Assembly: GCA_025558095.1 (NCBI GenBank)
Contig: JAIVFI010000004.1
Coordinates: 434,001-498,000 of the forward strand
DNA length: 64,000 nucleotides
Source of the DNA: Hyaloraphidium curvatum SAG 235-1
Taxonomy: Eukaryota > Fungi > Monoblepharomycota
Direction: 5' to 3'
Under the pieces are notes generated by a model, which was given only the letters and a program-made list of their open reading frames with translations, did no database searches and had not been told where the DNA came from. Below, piece after piece: positions 35,691 through 48,251 of this stretch. The translations under genes and the position numbers were made by a program. Each line of letters opens with the position of its first letter. Position 1 is the first letter of the stretch.

Positions 35691-35805
35691 CGCAAGCCCG
35701 CTCGGACTTGTTTCAACTTGTTCTACCAGCACTCGCATAGCCTCTCCGGACTTTCCCGCGCCGGACCGTCCTCCGACGCCAACGACTGACCCGGAGGACG
35801 CAACG

Positions 35806-36243
35806 ATGGGCAACAACCAGTTCAGCGTCCAAAACCAAACGGACCGACCCCTCGTGGTAATGTGGGCCAAGAAGCAGAACGTCGTCGCATCGTTCCAAGC
35901 TGCAGCCGACGCCCGCAGCCCCGTTGGATTCAAGGTGGTCGCGGAGGCACAAGGCGTCGTGGCGCTTGGATCAGACGCAACCCGTTTCTGGCTCTCCAAA
36001 GAGGAAATTGTGCGTAACGGAAAGAAAACATTTCCGATGGATGGCGACGTCGCTTACTTGACGGTGCTGGCCAAGAGGACCGGATGGAACGTGGGATACA
36101 AGGTGGTGGTTTACCAAAGGCCCGTCAGAGACGGGCACGTTGTTACGATTACGGAGCCTGAGTGCAAGGCGTGCATGATCCACTGGGGTGGACCGGATCT
36201 TGCAAACGCCTTGGGTCGGATGATGGCAAAGGAGCAACGTTGA
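35806..36243 (+). CDS. Small intronless beta-rich protein (145 aa), unknown function
   Basis: MGNNQFSVQNQTDRPLVVMW...; protein-like composition with an upstream TATA box. Confidence 0.65.
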   Translation: MGNNQFSVQNQTDRPLVVMWAKKQNVVASFQAAADARSPVGFKVVAEAQGVVALGSDATRFWLSKEEIVRNGKKTFPMDGDVAYLTVLAKRTGWNVGYKVVVYQRPVRDGHVVTITEPECKACMIHWGGPDLANALGRMMAKEQR

Positions 36244-36361
36244 TTGGCGTCGGCTGGACGCACCAATTCCTGCTTCCAATTGAAACGAAGAAAAGACAGA
36301 GACATCATTCTACGCTCAAAACTACCTGCGACCATGCGTGGCACCGTGGCTTCCGGGTCCC

Positions 36362-37280
36362 TCACTTCTTCTGCCGCTTCGGCTTGGGCGCCTCGGATTC
36401 CGACTGCCCCTCCGTCGGCTCGCCGTCAAGCGTGACCGCGCCCTGCGAAGCCAACCAGTCCACGTAGAGGGCCCGTTCCACATCCTTGGCCGTCCAGGTC
36501 ATTTCTGTGCCCCCTGCGAGTAAGTCAGCATCCGACCTCCCCGATCACACTCGCCGCCTGCATACCTGTCTGTGAAACAGCAGCGTCGAGCTCCTCGACC
36601 TTGGCCCAGATCTTATTGAGGAAAGCCATTGCGGATGCGGGGGTGTAAGTGCTTTTCGGCATTCCTATCGCCGCGACCGCCTCGTCGCTGTAGAACGCGA
36701 GCGCTGGAGACAGGACCGATCCGATTGCGAGGCTCGTTGCCGGTCCGATGCCCTTGGGCTTCGACAGGGCATCGATGATGCCGCGCGTCGCCTTTTCCCT
36801 CGTCGAGCGCCCGGCGAGCTGCGGCACGCGCTTCTCCGCGCTGTTGATCGCATCTGCGTACTCCTCCGCGCTGTTCTCCTCCGCAAAACGCAGCAGGTTG
36901 GGCCTCCACTTTGCCCTAGGACGCCAAAATGAGCAAATGGTCCATCTCCGGACTCGGAACCCGGGCCCTTGCCTGTGCATCTTCCAGTCAACGATCGAGA
37001 CGACTTCGTCCTTTGTCAGGACCGGTTTCTCCTTCCGGGTGCGCCGGGCTTCAACCGTGAGCGGCAGATCCTCGAAAAGAAGACGGTCGAGCTCGACAGT
37101 CCGCTTTGCTTCGTCGGGCTTTTTTGCGTACTTGCTCCGTGCGACTTGGGCGAGGGCCGCCGGGTACGCGTCCAGGGCACGGCGCCAGCGGCCCAGGTCC
37201 GTGCTCCGAAAGAGCGGCGGCACCGCGTCCGCCGAAGGCCCGCTTCCCGTCTCGGAGCCCCTCTTCGCGCGCTCGCTCAT
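36362..37280 (-). CDS. Helix-hairpin-helix (HhH) DNA glycosylase-like uncharacterised protein
   Basis: ELDR, VDWKMHR|AKWRPNL, LSKPKGIGPATS HhH motif, FYSDEA, WTAKDVERAL, basic NLS-like tail PKPKRQKK*. Confidence 0.75.
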
Positions 37281-37343
37281 CGGTGCAGGAGTTTTGGGGA
37301 AGGCAATCGTCAAGTCCCATTCATTTCGAATTCTTGAACGCAA

Positions 37344-40300
37344 ATGAGCCGGCCACGGCGCTCGGCGTCGTCGCTCGACCTGCCGGAGCCGCTCTTTGGC
37401 AGCGACCGCCGTACATCGTCGGTGCGGCGGCGGTCCGTGTCGCCCGGCAGGGAGAATGCGTCGGCCAACGGACGCGCGTCGTTCGCGCCGGCCAAGCGCA
37501 ACGCCAGGCGGTCGATATCGCAGGCGACGCTTCCGACCGATGCCGCTGTGAACGGGGACACGGAGGTGCCGGCGAACGAAGCGCAGGTCTGCGTGGCCGT
37601 CCGCGTGAGGCCGTTCAGCGCGAAAGAGGTCGCCGCGGGGTCCACGGCGCGCCGCACCGTCTCGGTTCTGGACAACCGCAAGATAGTGTTCGATCCCCTG
37701 GCTGCCAAGGTGGTGGACGACGGCGGCCCGGAGGGGCCAACCTTCCGCGTTCCCGGGACGCGTCGAGAGAAGAACGTTTGCTACACATTCGACCGCGTCT
37801 TCGTGGGTGTCCTCGGCCTCCGCGTCCGCCTGGCATCAATTGACCCGTTGCAGGCCGAGACTGCAACTCAGCAGGAGGTATACGAGGGTTCGGCAAAGCC
37901 GCTCATCGATGCCGTGCTCGGAGGGTGGGCGACATTCCTGCGCAAAAGCGCACAACCGCTGAGGCGATTCCCTCTAGTTACAACTCCACGGTTTTCGCGT
38001 ACGGTGCTACTGGCTGCGGCAAAACCCACACCATCGTTGGCACGCAAGAGGATCCCGGCCTTATCGTGCGCATGATGGAGGACCTGTTCGAACGGATGTC
38101 GGCCTTGGAGGGAGACAGGGTGATCGAGGCCCAGTTTTCGTACCTGGAGGTTTAGTGAGCCGCTTAAGCTCGTTGTGTGCGCCTTGTTTCTGACTGTCGT
38201 CAGCAACGAAATCATCAGAGACCTGCTGATGCCGGACGCCGCCCCGGCAGGCCTTGATGTGCGCGAAGATGATCACGGCGTCGTCGTCGCGGGCCTCTCG
38301 CTCCATGCCTTTTCCGATCCGACGGCAGTCATGGATATGCTGCTTCGTGGCAACAGCAACAGATCGAAAGGTAGGTCGTGCGGTCTTCTCGCCCATCCGA
38401 TGCTTACGGCGATCAAGCCCCGACCGAGGCAAACCAAGCTTCATCTCGCTCTCACGCCGTCCTCCAGGTCCACATCCAGCACAAGGACCGGGCCTCGGGC
38501 ACTCACTCGTCGTGGACAAAGGCCGTTTTGAGCATCATCGACCTTGCAGGATCCGAACGGGCCTCGGTTACAAAGAACCGTGGCGAACGCTTGCACGAAG
38601 GCGCCAAAATCAACCGATCACTCCTGGCCCTCGGCAACTGCATCAACGCCCTCTGCAAGCCCGGCGCCACGGCGCAGCACGTGCCTTACCGCGATTCGAA
38701 GCTCACGCGGCTGCTGAAGCACTCGCTCGGGGGCAATTGTCGCGTCGTCATGATCGCCAACATCAGCCCGCATCCGATGCATTACGAAGAGACCCACAAC
38801 ACCCTTATGTACGCGAACCGCGCCAAGCAAATCCGCACGCGGTCTGAGGTGAACCGTGTGGAGGTCGAGGCCGGGGTAGACCAGTACGTCAAGATCATCG
38901 CGGACCTCAGGGAGCAAGTGCACTCTCTGAAGCAGAAGCTGGTGGATGGAGGCGGTCAAGGATCGGTTGGCCTCTTGACCGATTCGGCAGCGAACGCCGT
39001 CTCCCGCACCGACCTTGGTTCTCTGCGGGATAACCTCCTGCCTGCTTTGTTGAAGCAGCTGCTCGTTTGCCTCGCTGTCAACGAGCGGATCGCCGAGTTG
39101 GAGCGGCGACTGGCAATCGTACGAGGCGTTGTCGACGTCTTCTGGGGCCCCGGCGCGGATGCACAAGCATTCGACGCCGTCCGTGAGGACAGCGCCTCGC
39201 TTGCGGAAGAGCTCGAGATCATGGCGGAGATGGTCCGCGAGCGAAAGGCCCGTGAGGATCGGCGCCTGCAGGACTTGGAGTCGGCCATTTCTGCCGAAGT
39301 ACAGCGCCTGGAGGCGTCGTGCATGGACAGCTACGCCTTGTCTGAATTCGTCACTGCTCAGAGGTTGGCAATTGACTTGCAGGTCGCACGCGAAGAATCG
39401 CGGCTGCTCCGAGCGCGCCTGTCGGGCACGGCAGATTTTCATGCGCGGCCGTTCCACAACGTGTCGCAGTTTGTTGCGCTGATCGGCCAGCAGGACAATG
39501 GCATGGACACATCCGTGGACGGAGAGACGATGCTGGGTCGCTCAAGAGAAGATGGTGCCTCTCTGATCCGAGAATCCATTTTGAGCTGCGCTTCACTGCA
39601 GCACATGCCCTTGGACGACCTTTCAGCTGAATGTGACCACCTGCTTCCGATGACAGCGCCCGCGCCTTCGCTTCCCATGCACGACTCGGCGGAGCCGATG
39701 ACGGAAGATGAGGAGGACGCACGTTTCGCAGCCCAGGTTGCCGCCGAAGAGCGGATCCTGGATGCCGAGGAAGAGCAGACATGGGAGGCGCAAGCCGACA
39801 CGGCCATGGCCTCGCTTCGGCGCACTCCGACGCAATCCCATGGTGTGAAGCACCCGAGGAGCGGATCCCCGGACGGGACGGAGCTTTCGCCCATGGAACG
39901 CCGTCAGACAGTTCTCGGCCTCATGCAGTCGCCGAGCAGGAAGCTCGTTGGCACACAGCACCGCTCGGTTGACTTTGGTGGCCTCGAGCCCGGCGGTGAC
40001 GGCGAAACTCCGAAGCCCGTCCGCGCAAAGACGTTCACGTTCGACCTCCAACCTCCTTCCAGCCCTGCGCTCGACCTCCTGCGGTCTTCCTTCAAGAACA
40101 ACGGACTGACTCCGCCGGACCTTACCCCAAAGGCCGATAGTCGTCGCGGAGCTCCTTTGCTGACAATGACGGCAGCTTCGCCGGCTCCAGATGAAGGAAC
40201 CCCTCGTGCCGCGAAACTGGATCTGAGCACCGGAGGCGCGGGTCCGATACGACTCGACAGCCCCGCACGGCGACGCGGGCGTCGAAGCATGATTCCGCTT

Positions 40301-40480
40301 GCGGTATCCGGGCCACCGATGCTGGCGAAGCATTCGGCACCGTTGTCGCCAGATGCGGCGCCCGCCGCGCTTGCGCCCACCACGGCAAAGAGGGCCTCCA
40401 AACGGCGCTCGTCTGTCTTGCCGCCGACCGAACATGTGGAGGAGAGGAAGACAAGATCCAGGTCCAAGAAGACTACGTAA
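37344..40480 (+). CDS. Kinesin-8 (Kip3/Klp5/6-like) motor, copy 1
   Basis: VAVRVRP, YTFDRVF, FAYGATGCGKT, SSRSHAVLQ, IDLAGSERAS, HVPYRDSKLTRLLK.SLGGNC, YEETHNTL.YANRAK. Confidence 0.95.
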
Positions 40481-40522
40481 TGTAAACAATAGAGACAAAG
40501 CAGCACTCTACTGTTGCACTCC

Positions 40523-42301
40523 TCATGAATGGAACGCAGATTCGTCCTCCCGTACGTCGGCCACGAGATCGGGCGCTTCCTTGACATCCTTGCTGTACAT
40601 CTGCGAAAGCAATCAACACCAGCTCACCTGCTGCGGTGATCGACCCACTTTTCGGCCAGACATTTCCAAGATGGCAGAGTCCTCGATGTTGGTATCCAAG
40701 ATCGACCGCTTGTTCGACTTTTCCGGCAGAAGATTCGGATCCACCTCCTTCTCTTTCACGACCCAAGCCTCCACGAACTCGAGCTCAAAGTCCAAGTCCT
40801 TGGTCAGCGGATAGCTGTTAAAGGTCGTCGACGGGTTGCCCTTCGAATGGCCTTTGTAGAAGTTTGCTGCGCTGATCCAGAGGGCGAAGAAGTCCCTGGC
40901 GGCGAGTCGATGAGGGAAGGCCGGCGAGAGCAGCAGCGAACCAACATTTGACCTCCCATGCCCAGGCCGTTCGGGAGAGATTGCGTGGCGTACTCGAACC
41001 ACTGGTAGTTGTCCTGTCATAGCGGTGAGGCAGACCAAAAGGAAACCACAATCTGTCCTCACGTTGTACCCAGTCGCGGGATAGATGACAATGTCTGGTT
41101 GCAATCGGAAGATGAAGCACTTGGAATCGCCGTAGAACTTCGGCGTCGGCTTCCACTCCTGCGAAGCAAACCCGCCTGTCCTCAAAATTAGCGGGCAGAA
41201 AGGTAGCGACCAGCAAAGTGATTTACCGAAAACGTAGCCGTTCTTATCTGGAGCGCGACCATTGACATCAGACACAACCCGACATCGCTGTTCAGCGGCA
41301 TACCTCGAAAAAGGACGAAGGTGGAGCCCCGACTCTCGATGTTGCTCGCGAAGACGGTCCACGACATCCCGTGGTTGGTAGTGCTGAAGGCCAGCTTCCA
41401 CGAGCGGGTGCGCTGCTCCGGCGGCAAGTGGAAGTCCAGCAGCCTTGATCCAACAATTGAGAAAGCCTAGCAGTGACCAGACTCAAATGGGACATACCAC
41501 ATGTCCTCAAACGCAAGCAGCTTCGTCGTGCCGTTCTCCATCAGGGGCCGCTTCAGCAGTTTTGCTCGGACCTCGGCCTCCCGCGAACCCTGCCGGAAAG
41601 AAACGATTGAGACGACCTATCAAGCTATCCAAGAAAGCAAGCACTTTTGTCGTCTGCGCCAAGAATAACCGGTCCATCGCCGTCGCCCAGAGCGAATTCA
41701 GATACGGCGACGCGTCGAACCAGCTGCCCAAGCTTCCCGTGAGATCCGGAGGCCGTGCGTCCTCCCGTGCATTCAATCGGAACACAATGACGTGGTCCAC
41801 GAAGCGCTTCGATACCCGGAACGCGCCCTGCGTGCCCGAGTAGAAGGCGATCGCAATGATCGAAAGGTCCTCCACGAAGTCGTGGGCGGCCATGGCCACG
41901 TCCGCGTTTGCCTGGCGGTACGTCGAGAACAGAGCCTCCTTGTCCGCCGCATTGCCCCGCGTGAGCCTGTAGGCAGCGGTCGCGAAGGCTCCCTCGTTCA
42001 CGACCGGCCTCTGGCGCTTCCCGCCGGCCTGGGCCAACGTCTCGGCGGCCACGACAGAAAAGAACGCCGACAGGGCACGAATGAAGCGCTCCGGAATAAA
42101 GGCAAATCTCGTCTAGAGTCCAGAATGTGAGAGGGATCGGCGGCAAGGGAGCGCCGGACCTGCCTTGAGCTTGAGGAGGTCCGCTTCCGCGTCGGGACCC
42201 GCCGACGTGGCCAGCGACTGGAAGACCTGCAGGATGTCGCCGCGCTCCTCGGCAGGAATGGCCGCGAGGGCATCGTCGTGCTTCGACGGCGCGCAGCCCA
42301 T
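40523..42301 (-). CDS. TLDc-domain protein (MEAK7/Rtc5-like), N-terminal MGC acylation motif
   Basis: MGCAPSK; WKLAFSTTNHGMSW, VFGGFASQEWK...FYGDSKCFIF, STTFNS, SILD.N.ED.AILEMSG. Confidence 0.88.
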
Positions 42302-42714
42302 GCTGGACAGGGGTTCCGGAAGGACCCTTTCCCCGATCGCGTGTTGGTCGCGCGTGGTCGCACGGGTGCCGTGCAATCGGCCGACTCGCCGAATTCGGTT
42401 GCCTGCAGCCTGCCCACGGAAACCGCGTCTGCATAGACCGGACCGTCAGGACATTTGAGGACGCCGGCGGACTCGCCCGGCGCCCGGGATTCCGAAGCCC
42501 CGGCCGGCCGGCGCCACGGGGCAGTGACCAAACACCTGGAGCGGCGCAACCCGGACATGGCGCGCCCGAGGGCACGCATTTGACGCAGTGGCACGCCTTT
42601 TGGAGGACATTGAACTCGTCTTGTGCCCCGTGTTTGTCCCTGTGGACGGATTCGAAAGCCGGAACGTGGGGCACACCGCAACCACCCACCGCTGGACGTC
42701 GGACTCGGCTTGCC

Positions 42715-45700
42715 ATGAACGGTTCGCGACCGGGCACGCGCAGTGCGCCTGCGCTCTCGGGGCGACGTCCCGGGACGGCCGCGTCAAATGCTTCCTTGCC
42801 CACGGCGGCCAAGCAGTCCAACATCAAAGTCACCGTCCGAATCCGGCCGCTGCACGTGAAGAAGACAGCCTCGGCGGCCGATGTCGACGGGGACTCGCAC
42901 TTTGCCTCGACGGCGACGCTTGCGGCCCAGAATGCCGGGGACGGATTCAACCTCCCCCTGACTCTTTCCAGCCACGACTTCTTCCTCCACCAACAGCAGG
43001 TCTACAACAAGAGGACCGTCAGCCCGATCGATGACCAGCTGCTGGTCTTTGATCCCACTGGACCGACCTCCCACGGAACTCCTATGGACCAGGATGGACC
43101 CGCCACGCCCCACAAGGGCCGCTTGCAGCTCGGCAAGAAGCACAAGAACATCTGCTACGGATTCGACCGCATCTTCGTGAGGATCATTGAGCCGTTGAGA
43201 GCCCTGATTCCGATGTCTTACCTAGATTGTCCCTCACAGCCCGAGGATGTCACGCAGCACGAAGTCTACGAGGAGACGGCAAAGCCTCTTATCGAAGGCG
43301 TCCTCGACGGGTACAATTCCACGGTCTTTGCCTACGGAGCTACCGGCTGCGGCAAGACGTACACCATCACCGGCACGGAGGACCAACCCGGAGTCATCTA
43401 CAGGACGATGGAGGATCTGTTTGCTCGTATGCGGGAATTGGAGCGGGAAAGGGTCATCGAAGCCGAGCTTTCCTACCTGGAGGTCTAGTGAGTTGCGCGA
43501 AACGGGATTGCGGGAGCACGGCTCACAAGGCGCTCGCAGCAACGAGCAAATCAGGGACCTTCTCAAGGATCAACCACCGCTGGAGCTGCGCGAGGATGAC
43601 AAGGGGGTTCAGGTCGCCAAGCTGAGCAAGCACGTTCTCCTCGACGTGGAGGACGTCATGGCGTTGCTCATCCGGGGGAACGAGAATCGATCAAAAGGTT
43701 TGGGCGATTGTACGCGCAAATTGTTCGGCGGCCGATAATCTCGGTTCCCCCACAGCTCCGACGGAAGCGAATGAGACATCTTCCCGATCGCATGCCGTGC
43801 TGCAGATCCACGTAAAGCAGCGTGACCGGGGCTCGGGGACGCAGGCAACCTGGAAGACGGCCATCCTCAGCATCATCGACCTCGCGGGCTCGGAACGGGC
43901 ATCCGCGACCAAGAACCGAGGGGAGCGGCTCCGTGAGGGCGCCAAAATCAACCGCTCCCTCCTTGCTCTGGGCAACTGCATCAACGCTCTCTGCAAATCC
44001 GTGCACAGTCGCCACATTCCCTACCGAGACTCGAAGCTCACGCGCCTGCTCAAGTTTTCGCTGGGCGGGAACTGCAAGGTGGTCATGATCGCGAACATCA
44101 GCCCCCATCCGTCCTACTACGAGGAGACGCACAACACTCTCATGTACGCGAACCGCGCCAAGGAGATCAAGACGAAGGTGGAGCAGAACCGGGTCAACGT
44201 GGAGGCCGGGGTGGAGGAGTACACCAGGATCATCGCGGAGCTGGAGGATCAAGTGAAGCATCTTCGGGAGCAGCTTGAATTGGCCCGCAGCGCCGGCGTA
44301 AAGGGCGATCCATCGGGTGGCAAGGCGGTCTACGATCAAGTGGCCAATTCCCGCGCCCTGCAGTTCCTCAGGGACAGACTCCTCCCACGCAGCCTGAAGC
44401 AGGAGCTCGCCCGCGAGTCCATCGCAGCCGAGATGGCCCTCGTGCAGCGCCAGAAGGCGCTCTGTACCTCCCTGAAGGAAAGCGTTTGGGGCTCGGAGTA
44501 TGACGTTGATTTGTCGCAGCTGAAAGGCGCGATCAGCCAGGCGGAGAAGGACATCGAGCGGCGGCTACAGGATCTCGGAACGCGGTTGTCGGATGCGCTG
44601 GTTGTCCTGGGGGAACTGGATGGTCTGGCAAACAGGGTCGTCGAGAAGGCGGACCAGACCTTTGCTGCCAGGGATCTAGAGGACGGCGATCAATCGTGGA
44701 CCATCAAAGTCTTCAACGACTTCGTCTCGGCAGCCCGGTGGAAGATGAGGGACGAGGTCGCTCTGGCACGGCAGTCGGATCTGGAGGTTCTGGAGAAGCA
44801 TGGCCGGCGGACGACGGATCTAGTGCTGCACAAGTTTACCACCGTGCTCGCCAGCGGCTCGAGCATCCAGGCGCTTCCTGCCTCCCCGACAAAGGGGCCC
44901 TCTCTCATAAAGCAGGAGCTGGCCTTTACCGTGGACGAAGGGCTGGCCTTCCTGCAAGAGCTCGTCGCCGGAGCCGATGAGCGCCCTGCAGATCTTTACC
45001 AACGGCCCGTGGTCGAGGGCGCAGCATTGGAAGAGCTGCGGGCAGAGGCTTCCGAGGTCATGGCTTATCTCGGCGAACAGGCATTCGCACCCGTTTTGGA
45101 TCCGAACCTCTTCGCCACTGTCCTGCGGGAGAAGACGGCGGCTTCGGACTCCCGCGCCAAGCGCCCCATCAACGGCCCGGCAGCGAGATCGGGCACCATA
45201 CGGGGACCTGTTGTGTTTGGAAACTCCGAACCGTCGCTGGCCAGCCAGGCCAGACCTGTGGAGAGGCTTGGCTCCCAAAGAGCCGCGGCTCCCACCACAC
45301 GGAGAGTCATCACCGACATCCACGCTGGAGGACCGATTCGCATTTCCTCGCCTCAGCGCCGCAAGGAGCGAAAGATCACCCCGATCGCCCTGGCGAGGTC
45401 GGCATCTGCAGAGGAGCCCGTCTTGAATCCCCCGTTGCCGGATTCGAAGCGCGCCCTGGCTGCGGTTGCGACGGCAGTGCGGAACTCGCGTGATCGCGAA
45501 CAGTGGGAGCGCCCTTGGAGAGTCAACAGCCAGGCAGCTAAGCCCGCTGAGGCGCCGAACGGAGCCGCCGGACCTGTGACTTCCAAAACCCGGGCCAATG
45601 CTTCGCCGGACAAACTCGATTCGTCGCAGGATCGATATGCGAGCATTGATGGTGCCCCTGCTCCTGCAGACGCCGGAGATTCCCGGCGGCCGCGGAGCAA

Positions 45701-45800
45701 GACGTCCAGCCCAGTCGTTGCATCTGGGCCGGGATCGTCCGGGGCGGCACCTGGACCGCCTGCGGCATCACAAGCGGCGGCGAAGAAGGTTTGGAAGTGA
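42715..45800 (+). CDS. Kinesin-8 (Kip3/Klp5/6-like) motor, copy 2
   Basis: IKVTVRIRP, YGFDRIF, FAYGATGCGKT, IDLAGSERAS, HIPYRDSKLTRLLKFSLGGNC. Confidence 0.95.
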
Positions 45801-45881
45801 TAGAGCTTGGTGTTCGCAATCAATGTACATAACGGCACGTTGTATCTTGAGGCCGCTTGATCTACCGGCACGCCCGCCCGG

Positions 45882-48011
45882 CTACGAGGTCCTGCCCTCG
45901 ACGAAACCCGAGTCGACAACCTCCCTTGGCTTCTGCCGGAGTCGCAAAGTATCGCCTTTCGCACCCAGGACCAGGGTTTCGTCGTCCTCGGCTTCCGATG
46001 TTCTCGGGCGTTCCCAGTCGCTGTCCTCGTCCGTCTCGTTGATCGCCCGCAACATTGCCGTCTTGGGCGGCAGCGGCGACTCTCTCGTCTTCGCCGTGTC
46101 CTGCAGAGCCTCCCACGTGGCAGGAGCTTCCATGCCATGGCGCGCCCGCCACTTGGCGATGACTTCAAGGTAGACCTTGGAGCCGTCCCGCAGCGTCCGT
46201 TTCTGCGTCTCGAAGTCGTTGTGGTAGAGCCCGAACTTGGAGTCGTAGCCAGAGTCCCACTCCACGTTGTCTGCGACCGGCAGGTGGTATAAGCAGCTGT
46301 GCATGAAGGCACCAAGCGCAAAGACGCACCCATGAGCGTCCAGTAGTAGTATCCACGGACGTCTACACCCTCTTCCTTGGCCTTGAGCATCGCATAGAGG
46401 TACCTCCTGATGAACAGGTTCCTCCTCGAGTCCTCCGCGTCCGCGATGCCGTTCTCGGTGACGATCACAGGCTTGCCAAACTGCGCCATCTGGTGGATCG
46501 CACGGTAGAAGCCCTCGGGATACAGCGCGTAGTGCATGTCGGTCATGAGCGCGTCGGGGTGCGGGCGGTCCGTGGCGATGATGCCGCGGGTGAACCAGTT
46601 CTCGGGAGCCTGAATCGAAAGGACGTTGTGCGACTGCAACGATTCGTTAGAGGCAACACGGCTGGTGAGCGGAAAGAGCTTACATAGTAATTGAGGCCGA
46701 CAAAGTCGTGCGACTGCGGCCCGCGGGGGTCGTGGAAGGCGGCGGGGAGGAAAGGCAGGAGGCGGAACGATCCGGTGCGGAAGAAGCCGAGCAGCGACTC
46801 GTTGACCATCTGGTCGACGAACCAGGCCACGATCCACTCGATCGGGTTCATGGTGTTGCGCGGGTCGTACTGGAACTGGGACTTGCACCAGCCGATCTCG
46901 GACTTATCGCCGTGCGGAAGGGACTTCATGAGGAAGTAGGCCTCGGTGTGCGCGCGGAGGATGTTGGACATGACGCGGACGATCGCCCGGAAATCATCCT
47001 TCCTCCCTGTGGCGGTGTAAGTGGGCGTCGGCCTCGGCAGATAGGCCAGCACTCACCCGGCGGATGCAGTCCCAGGTTGTAGCCACACCAAGTGTACCCC
47101 TCCGGCTCGTTGAACGTCACCCATTGCCGGCACTTCGAGCCGTACTCGCGGAACGCAAGCTCGACAAACTCGAGGAACGCCGCCGCCATCCCGTCCCACT
47201 CCCATCCGCCCTGCTCCTCCGCCCAGATCGGGTTCGTGAAGTGGTGCAGCGTGATCATGGGCTCCAATCCCTGCCGCGCGAGCTCGTCCAGCACCGCGTG
47301 GTAGTGCGCGATGGCGTCCCTGGAGGGCTCGCCGCGCCGGGGCACGATCTTGGACCACTCGATGGAGAAGCGGTACGCGGTCATGCCGAAGCCCTGAGGA
47401 AATCATCCCATGAGTATCGGGCATTGCAGCCAATGTCTTTCCGGCCGACCTTGATGAGCGCGATGTCCTCCTTGTACCGGTTCCAGTGGTCGCACGCCTG
47501 CCCGCTCTTGTGGCCGTGGAGGATCCGCGGCGTCCCATCGGACTTGACGCCGTGCTCGAACGCCCACCAGTTGTTGTTGTCGCAGCCTCCCTCGACCTGG
47601 TGCGCCGCGGTGGCAGTCCCCTGGGACAGCAAGACATTGTAGTTAGTGTGACGGCCCCGTAGCCTCCTGCGGGCGGCGGGAGGCCCACCCAGGCAAAGTC
47701 CTTGCCGAAGCCCTTTGCGATGCGGTCCGTCGACGTGTCTATCCTGCTCTTGGACCGCACGTGCGGCAAGGGCTCGGCCACGTCCCACACCCTGCCGCGC
47801 GATGAGCCTCTGTCGCTGCCCAGCGTGCGCCAGGCGGTTCTCACCAGTACAGCCTCCGCTCGAGCTTGTAGTCGAACCAGCGCGCGACGACGTAGGCGGC
47901 GCCGAGGGCGGGCAGCGCGGCGGGCAGGGCGCGGAGCGACTCGAACAACGCCGAGGGAAGGGCGAGCGCGAGCTCGAACGGCATGGCCAGGAGCCCCAGG
48001 AACGACGCCAT
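45882..48011 (-). CDS. Glycoside hydrolase family 1 beta-glycosidase with N-terminal hydrophobic anchor
   Basis: GTATAAHQVEG, ACDHWNRYKEDI, YRFSIEWS, TLHHFTNP.W, TFNEP (acid/base), IVTENG (nucleophile), GYYYWTLMDNVEW. Confidence 0.93.
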
Positions 48012-48251
48012 GGTGGTGTTCGTTCTCCGATGCGCGGGTCGCGGGTGTTTTCAAGCGCCTGCTTGGCCTAGGACGTGGAGGCGCCGGGGCGTTTGGAGGA
48101 GGTCAGGCGGGAGACGCCGTTGGGGGTCCTTGACTTATCTTTGCAGCCAACGCCACACGAACGCGCGGAAACGGACATAGATTGAAGTCAAACGGCCTAA
48201 ACACAGTGCCATGCTGCCGAGCAAACGCATCCCGGGGTCCTCGCTCGCCGA

